DNA of 50,196 bases from a virus (Duplodnaviria > Caudoviricetes). The notes beneath the pieces are model-generated. The model saw nothing but the letters and a program-made list of their open reading frames with translations. It was not told the origin of the DNA and made no database searches. Location: positions 1 through 50,196 of the IMG/VR virus record IMGVR_UViG_3300048878_000408; one strand, written 5' to 3'. A program made the position numbers and the translations under genes. Below are positions 46,118-50,196 of this stretch, in pieces (position 1 is the first letter of the stretch; each line of letters opens with the position of its first letter).

Positions 46118-47248
46118 TTAAGTACTAGTTAGTCCTTTATAGTTAACTGTCATTTCGTCTTCTCCACCGAAGTCTGTTTCCAGAGCAGTGAAGTTAACTG
46201 TAACACCCATAACATCTGCAGTATCAATAGACGGCAACTCTAAGTGAGCTGTAGGAATACTGAACTGTACAAATGGAGCACTTGCACCACCAATCTTAAG
46301 ATCAATGTTGAAAGAGTTTGTTACGTCTGGTGCGGCACTATTAATATCTGCTAAGATATCATCGTACATGACCTTCGAGCTAAGAGCTGATGAATCTAAG
46401 TAACATGTGAAGTTACCTGATATAGCTCTAGTGCCTGTTTGGTGATCAATTGGAGTATTAATCTTACCTAACTCTTCTGCTGTCACATAAGTAATACCAT
46501 TATCAATAGTAACATTACCACCTGTTAGTGGGAATGTGTATACTTTTGAACCACCAGAGATAGATGAAGTCAAAGTAACAGTACTAAGTCTGTTAAGAAT
46601 GAAGTCTGCATCTGTGTTAGCAGGTACAAATCCGTCTGTAGCATGTCCTGACTGATTAGGGTAGTTAGCGTCTACTTGTGTAACTGAAGCTGCATAGCCC
46701 GTCCAAGTGATCTGTGCAATACCATCAATATCAAAATCAACTGAAGCTGAAGTAACACACATCTTAGCTAACTCATATGTTAATGCTGAATCAGAAAAAG
46801 CGAACCAACCAGTAAACTTAATTAACTGACTGTGCTCTGAATCTTCAAAATCAATAGTCATATCTGTTGTATCACACGCAATACCACCAGTAGAGGCGTT
46901 ATTAGTCTGAGTATTAGATACCATAGCATTCCAAAGTAACTTCTCTGTTGCTGAATGCTTGTTTGAATCTGCACTATCTGTGAAAGGGCGCATGTAAGTA
47001 GTAAAACTCCAATCAACTGGCTCTAAAGATGTGTTAAAAATCTTTTGACCACGTTTAGGTGCTGAACCTGCTTCGCTTAGAGTTACATTCTGTGTACCAG
47101 TTGCCTGTGAGAATGAAAATCCGTCTAGAATTGGAATCTCGAAAGTATCCGCGTCTGATGGGTTAGTACCTGTACCGTCCCAAGTTGATGTTCCTGCTGC
47201 CACGTATGACGCATAGAACGTTGCATTTCTGCTTAAAGATAAAGCCAT
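46118..47248 (-). CDS. Major tail tube protein (T5 pb6-like, without C-terminal Ig domain)
   Basis: LSRN, EIPILDG.SFSQ, RG...FN..L.P..WSF.TY.RP, DFDIDGIA.I.W.G, GTR.ISG..TCYL, P.AHLE.P. Confidence 0.9.
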   Translation of the reverse strand: MALSLSRNATFYASYVAAGTSTWDGTGTNPSDADTFEIPILDGFSFSQATGTQNVTLSEAGSAPKRGQKIFNTSLEPVDWSFTTYMRPFTDSADSNKHSATEKLLWNAMVSNTQTNNASTGGIACDTTDMTIDFEDSEHSQLIKFTGWFAFSDSALTYELAKMCVTSASVDFDIDGIAQITWTGYAASVTQVDANYPNQSGHATDGFVPANTDADFILNRLSTVTLTSSISGGSKVYTFPLTGGNVTIDNGITYVTAEELGKINTPIDHQTGTRAISGNFTCYLDSSALSSKVMYDDILADINSAAPDVTNSFNIDLKIGGASAPFVQFSIPTAHLELPSIDTADVMGVTVNFTALETDFGGEDEMTVNYKGLTST

Positions 47249-47316
47249 TTTAGCTCTCCTGTATTTTAACTTGTCATTAACGGGTTATTCGACTATTGTC
47301 TATTTACCGTTGTAGA

Positions 47317-47751
47317 CTATATTTGATACCTTACTTCTAAGGTAATCTCACCTACTCCATAGGGAGCAAGTAATCCTTCGTCAGTTGCGATACTCAGTAT
47401 CGTCATCTGCTCAGTCTGCTTCCCAGTATCGTATGTTAATATATTATTAGCATCAATCTGGGTTTCAATATCATATAGAACCTGTTCAAGTACATCTAAT
47501 GGCTCTTCGCCATACACGTACATTCGTATGTTTAATCCTAACATTCCCCACTTGAACCCGCCAGGTAAATATTCTCGTACTTCGTTTCCTGCTACTACTG
47601 AAACATATGGAAAATCATTTACTTCATCCCAAAAAATCAGTTTATTAGTAATATTATTAGCTAAATCAATATTCCAAGAACCAGAGCCATCAATAAGTTT
47701 TAACTTAGTAATAAGTGCATTCACTATTGCTGAACGTGCTTTACCTGCCAT
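47317..47751 (-). CDS. Tail terminator (T5 p142-like)
   Basis: R..I..AL, FWDEV.DFP......G.E.REY, I.SI.TDEG.L.PYGVGE....VRY. Confidence 0.88.
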   Translation of the reverse strand: MAGKARSAIVNALITKLKLIDGSGSWNIDLANNITNKLIFWDEVNDFPYVSVVAGNEVREYLPGGFKWGMLGLNIRMYVYGEEPLDVLEQVLYDIETQIDANNILTYDTGKQTEQMTILSIATDEGLLAPYGVGEITLEVRYQI

Positions 47752-48935
47752 TATACTCTCCTTGTTTTAATATTTAGTTTACGATGAACTAACTTTATTG
47801 CTATATCTCTAATAGACTTATGTATCAATAATCGCGGATCTCTTCTTGTGGAACCTTGTTTAAAACCTCTTTCAAAAGTCTGGTAAGGATACTTCATATA
47901 ATTATAAAAAGCTGTTAATGTTCCTTGCCTAGACTGTGTAATATTTGTAATAGTAACCGATTCTGCAAATCGTCCTGTTCTATTTACTAGTGAGCCACCT
48001 TCTCCCATATTCTCTTTTACTTTTTCAGTTATCTGAGCTTGTATAAGTTGTTGAATGCCTGCTGCTGAAGTGAATCTCCCCCTAGGGTCCCTAAGTCGGG
48101 GTATAGGAGGTACTACTCCTTTTTTACCTTTTTTAGGGTTTTTATAAACTACTTTAGCTTTTGAAGTAGATTTAATATTTTTACTCTTCTTATTATTTAT
48201 AGCACTGTCTAAAGCTCTTTTTACTACCGTTATCGCAGGTGGGCTAGTATCTTCTTCTATTGCTATTCTTTGTAGTTCGTCTATTAGGTTCTTATTTGCT
48301 AGCTTTTCTACTATAGCCTGATCTAGGTTCTCATTTCCAGATTGTAGATGTAGTCTAACTGTATACTTTTTCTTAAAAGACCCTGACTTAGTTAAAGACG
48401 TTTTAGCTACGGCATCTACTGTAATACCATCAATCAAAGGAGTAGACCTTAGTACCGCTATAGCGGATTCAGCTCCTGCTCTTCCTGCCAAATACTGAGC
48501 TGCTCTAACGGCTCTATACCCTACTGCTGGTATAGCTGAGGTACCTCCCCCTCCATGTCCTAAATGAAACTTAGAACCAAAATCTTTCGTTCCGAATTCT
48601 TTTTCTAACTTATTACTTATACTAGTCTTCCAATCTTTTACTGCTGCAAACTTATTTTTTGCTTTGGATTTACCAGGGTAGAATATGTTAGGTTTACCCG
48701 CTACTCCGGTTTTCCGTACGAAAATACTCCTATTGGAAATATCATCTATTATAAAGTTAAAAGCTTTATCTGCGTCAGATTTACTTAAACTGTACTGTGA
48801 CATTAGTAATTTTGTGACATACTTTTTGTCTATTTCAAGCTCAGGCATAAGAGTATTTAACTCCTTCCTAAGGTCTTTCTTTAATATAGCTATTACTCTA
48901 TTTTGAATAACAGCCGATAATTTTGCAGAGCTCAT
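47751..48935 (-). CDS. Tail completion protein (T5 p143-like)
   Basis: RD.RGRF.S, L.NRTGRFA.SV, Y.YM..PY..FE, RDPR.LI..SIR.IA. Confidence 0.8.
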   Translation of the reverse strand: MSSAKLSAVIQNRVIAILKKDLRKELNTLMPELEIDKKYVTKLLMSQYSLSKSDADKAFNFIIDDISNRSIFVRKTGVAGKPNIFYPGKSKAKNKFAAVKDWKTSISNKLEKEFGTKDFGSKFHLGHGGGGTSAIPAVGYRAVRAAQYLAGRAGAESAIAVLRSTPLIDGITVDAVAKTSLTKSGSFKKKYTVRLHLQSGNENLDQAIVEKLANKNLIDELQRIAIEEDTSPPAITVVKRALDSAINNKKSKNIKSTSKAKVVYKNPKKGKKGVVPPIPRLRDPRGRFTSAAGIQQLIQAQITEKVKENMGEGGSLVNRTGRFAESVTITNITQSRQGTLTAFYNYMKYPYQTFERGFKQGSTRRDPRLLIHKSIRDIAIKLVHRKLNIKTRRV

Positions 48936-49954
48936 TAGCTAATATGCCTATAATGCTCCAAAATACGTTTTATGTGTGGGGGGAATTCTGAATGTAAAGA
49001 CTGACTGCGAGATATATTTTTAATATTCGAGCCTGGCATAGACTTAGCGGGAGTTGACTCTTTCTTTAAATAGTAAGTAGTCAAATCGTAGCAAGCTAGC
49101 TTCAATTCAGCTGGAGTAGAGGAGAATCCACCTTTATACACAAGTTTTACAGATTTAGAACCTTTAGGGAAACTAATAATATTTCTACTAATTTCTTGTC
49201 CTTCAGCATCTATTTCATATTGTCTGTCTACAGTCCAAAATTCTGCTGCTGACTCACAAGTTGCTTGTGTTGTATAAGATGTATTGCTACATTCACCGGT
49301 CCATCTCTCAGACGTAAATGCCCAAGCATTTCCGTTCGTATGTCCAGTGGTGGCTGCAAAAGTTACAGCTATGTCGCCCTCTAGCGTTTGACTAGAACCT
49401 GTTATTGCTACGCCTGTTTCTTTCCAGTTATTCCCTCCATCACGAGACCATGTAAACGTGTTTGGAGTTCCTGTACCATCAATTTGTACTTTATAGCTAC
49501 GTCCAATTTCACCTGACGACGTATTTGCGTTGTATCCAGTGATTGTTAGATCATTTAAGCCTGCACCAGTAAAGGTGTCATTATTAATACAAGTCGTTTC
49601 GGTAGTATTAGAAGAAATAGTACATTGTGCAGTACCTGATTCTAAGAGATAGTAATTGTTACTATCTGCGTGGTTGTTTTCGACGGTTGATTTATCCGTC
49701 TTTGAGTTTTTACGCTCAAGTAACTGTACTACTTCTACGATAGGTAGTTCAGTTGGGAAAACAGAAGTTTCGCCCCCTGTAAGGTCGAAGTATTCTGTCT
49801 TTGCTGTGCTGTAGTTATCTATGAAACTACGCCCACAGTAGGTTTTTATAAGTGCACTAATTTGGCCTCTTAATAGATTTATTTCTGCGTCACGAGTAAT
49901 ACTGTTAATACCTGCATATGCTTTGTACTCACTAACTGTATATAAATCTGCCAT
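48935..49954 (-). CDS. Head completion / head-tail adaptor (T5 p144-like) with insertions
   Basis: L.T..EYK.Y.GI, S..IK.YCGR.F, FP.G..SV...Y.GG....P.ELKLA..DL..YY.K.E, FP.HIKRIL..YR. Confidence 0.88.
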   Translation of the reverse strand: MADLYTVSEYKAYAGINSITRDAEINLLRGQISALIKTYCGRSFIDNYSTAKTEYFDLTGGETSVFPTELPIVEVVQLLERKNSKTDKSTVENNHADSNNYYLLESGTAQCTISSNTTETTCINNDTFTGAGLNDLTITGYNANTSSGEIGRSYKVQIDGTGTPNTFTWSRDGGNNWKETGVAITGSSQTLEGDIAVTFAATTGHTNGNAWAFTSERWTGECSNTSYTTQATCESAAEFWTVDRQYEIDAEGQEISRNIISFPKGSKSVKLVYKGGFSSTPAELKLACYDLTTYYLKKESTPAKSMPGSNIKNISRSQSLHSEFPPHIKRILEHYRHIS

Positions 49955-49974
49955 TTTAATTCCTTAATTCACTT

Positions 49975-50010
49975 ATAAAAACCGGCTAGGCATTACCCTA
50001 ACCAGTTTTA
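49975..50010 (-). terminator. Terminator after major capsid gene
   Basis: AAAACTGGTTAGG-gtaatg-CCTAGCCGGTTTTT on - strand (two G-U pairs). Confidence 0.8.
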
Positions 50011-50034
50011 TATCAACTATTAGTTAAGTCAGTA

Positions 50035-50196
50035 TTAACCGAACTTAATTAACGACATTGAAGCCTTACCAGCTGCTCCAGCCTCTTTAGCTATAAAGCC
50101 AAAGCGACGGGTTGCAACCATAGCCTTCTGTTGTGCAACTACATCTGTAGCTGTCTCAACTGTCATGTTGCGGTAGTTACCTACTAAGTAATTATT
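50035..50196 (-). CDS. Major capsid protein, C-terminal 53 aa (partial)
   Basis: Manual translation NNYLVGNYRNMTVETATDVVAQQKAMVATRRFGF...IKFG*; HK97-fold C-terminal pattern, upstream of p144-like gene. Confidence 0.85.
   Translation of the reverse strand, partial: NNYLVGNYRNMTVETATDVVAQQKAMVATRRFGFIAKEAGAAGKASMSLIKFG

Noticed and set aside
1-50196. tRNAs, introns, inteins, homing endonucleases, integrase, stop-codon recoding
   Set aside because: None seen; core genes are intact and of normal length under the standard code and intergenic gaps are short
1-50196. Specific host assignment
   Set aside because: Sigma70 promoters and the lambda-type tip suggest a proteobacterium, but nothing in the window identifies the host

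Overview
A 50 kb piece of a lytic T5-related (Demerecviridae-like) siphophage genome, AT-rich and probably from an aquatic environment. The + strand (1-18778) is a T5-type early/replication module: D3, D2, PC4-like SSB, split NAD-dependent ligase, D5, DnaB helicase, primase, PolA, D10, D11, D12/D13 and D14. It is driven by near-consensus sigma70 promoters and interrupted by accessory genes (a sulfotransferase and two related hypotheticals). The - strand (18831-50196) is the morphogenesis module: major capsid C-terminus, T5-like head/tail completion and tail tube, frameshifting chaperones, a 2352-aa tape measure, a lambda-type M-L-K-I-J tail tip and an elaborate fibre cluster. Most striking: (i) a 1152-aa tail protein with 11 short GTHD strands followed by 11 strand-less ~60-aa domains, best explained as a recursively nested ('matryoshka') hairpin rod; (ii) a set of fibre genes with matching N- and C-terminal motifs suggesting a plug-and-socket, possibly self-extending fibre; (iii) two paralogues identical over 31 aa yet differing at 25 of 31 codons; (iv) a Cys-pair mini-module inserted, sometimes within itself, into three unrelated virion proteins. 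All assignments are from motif recognition and recalled gene order; no database search was run.
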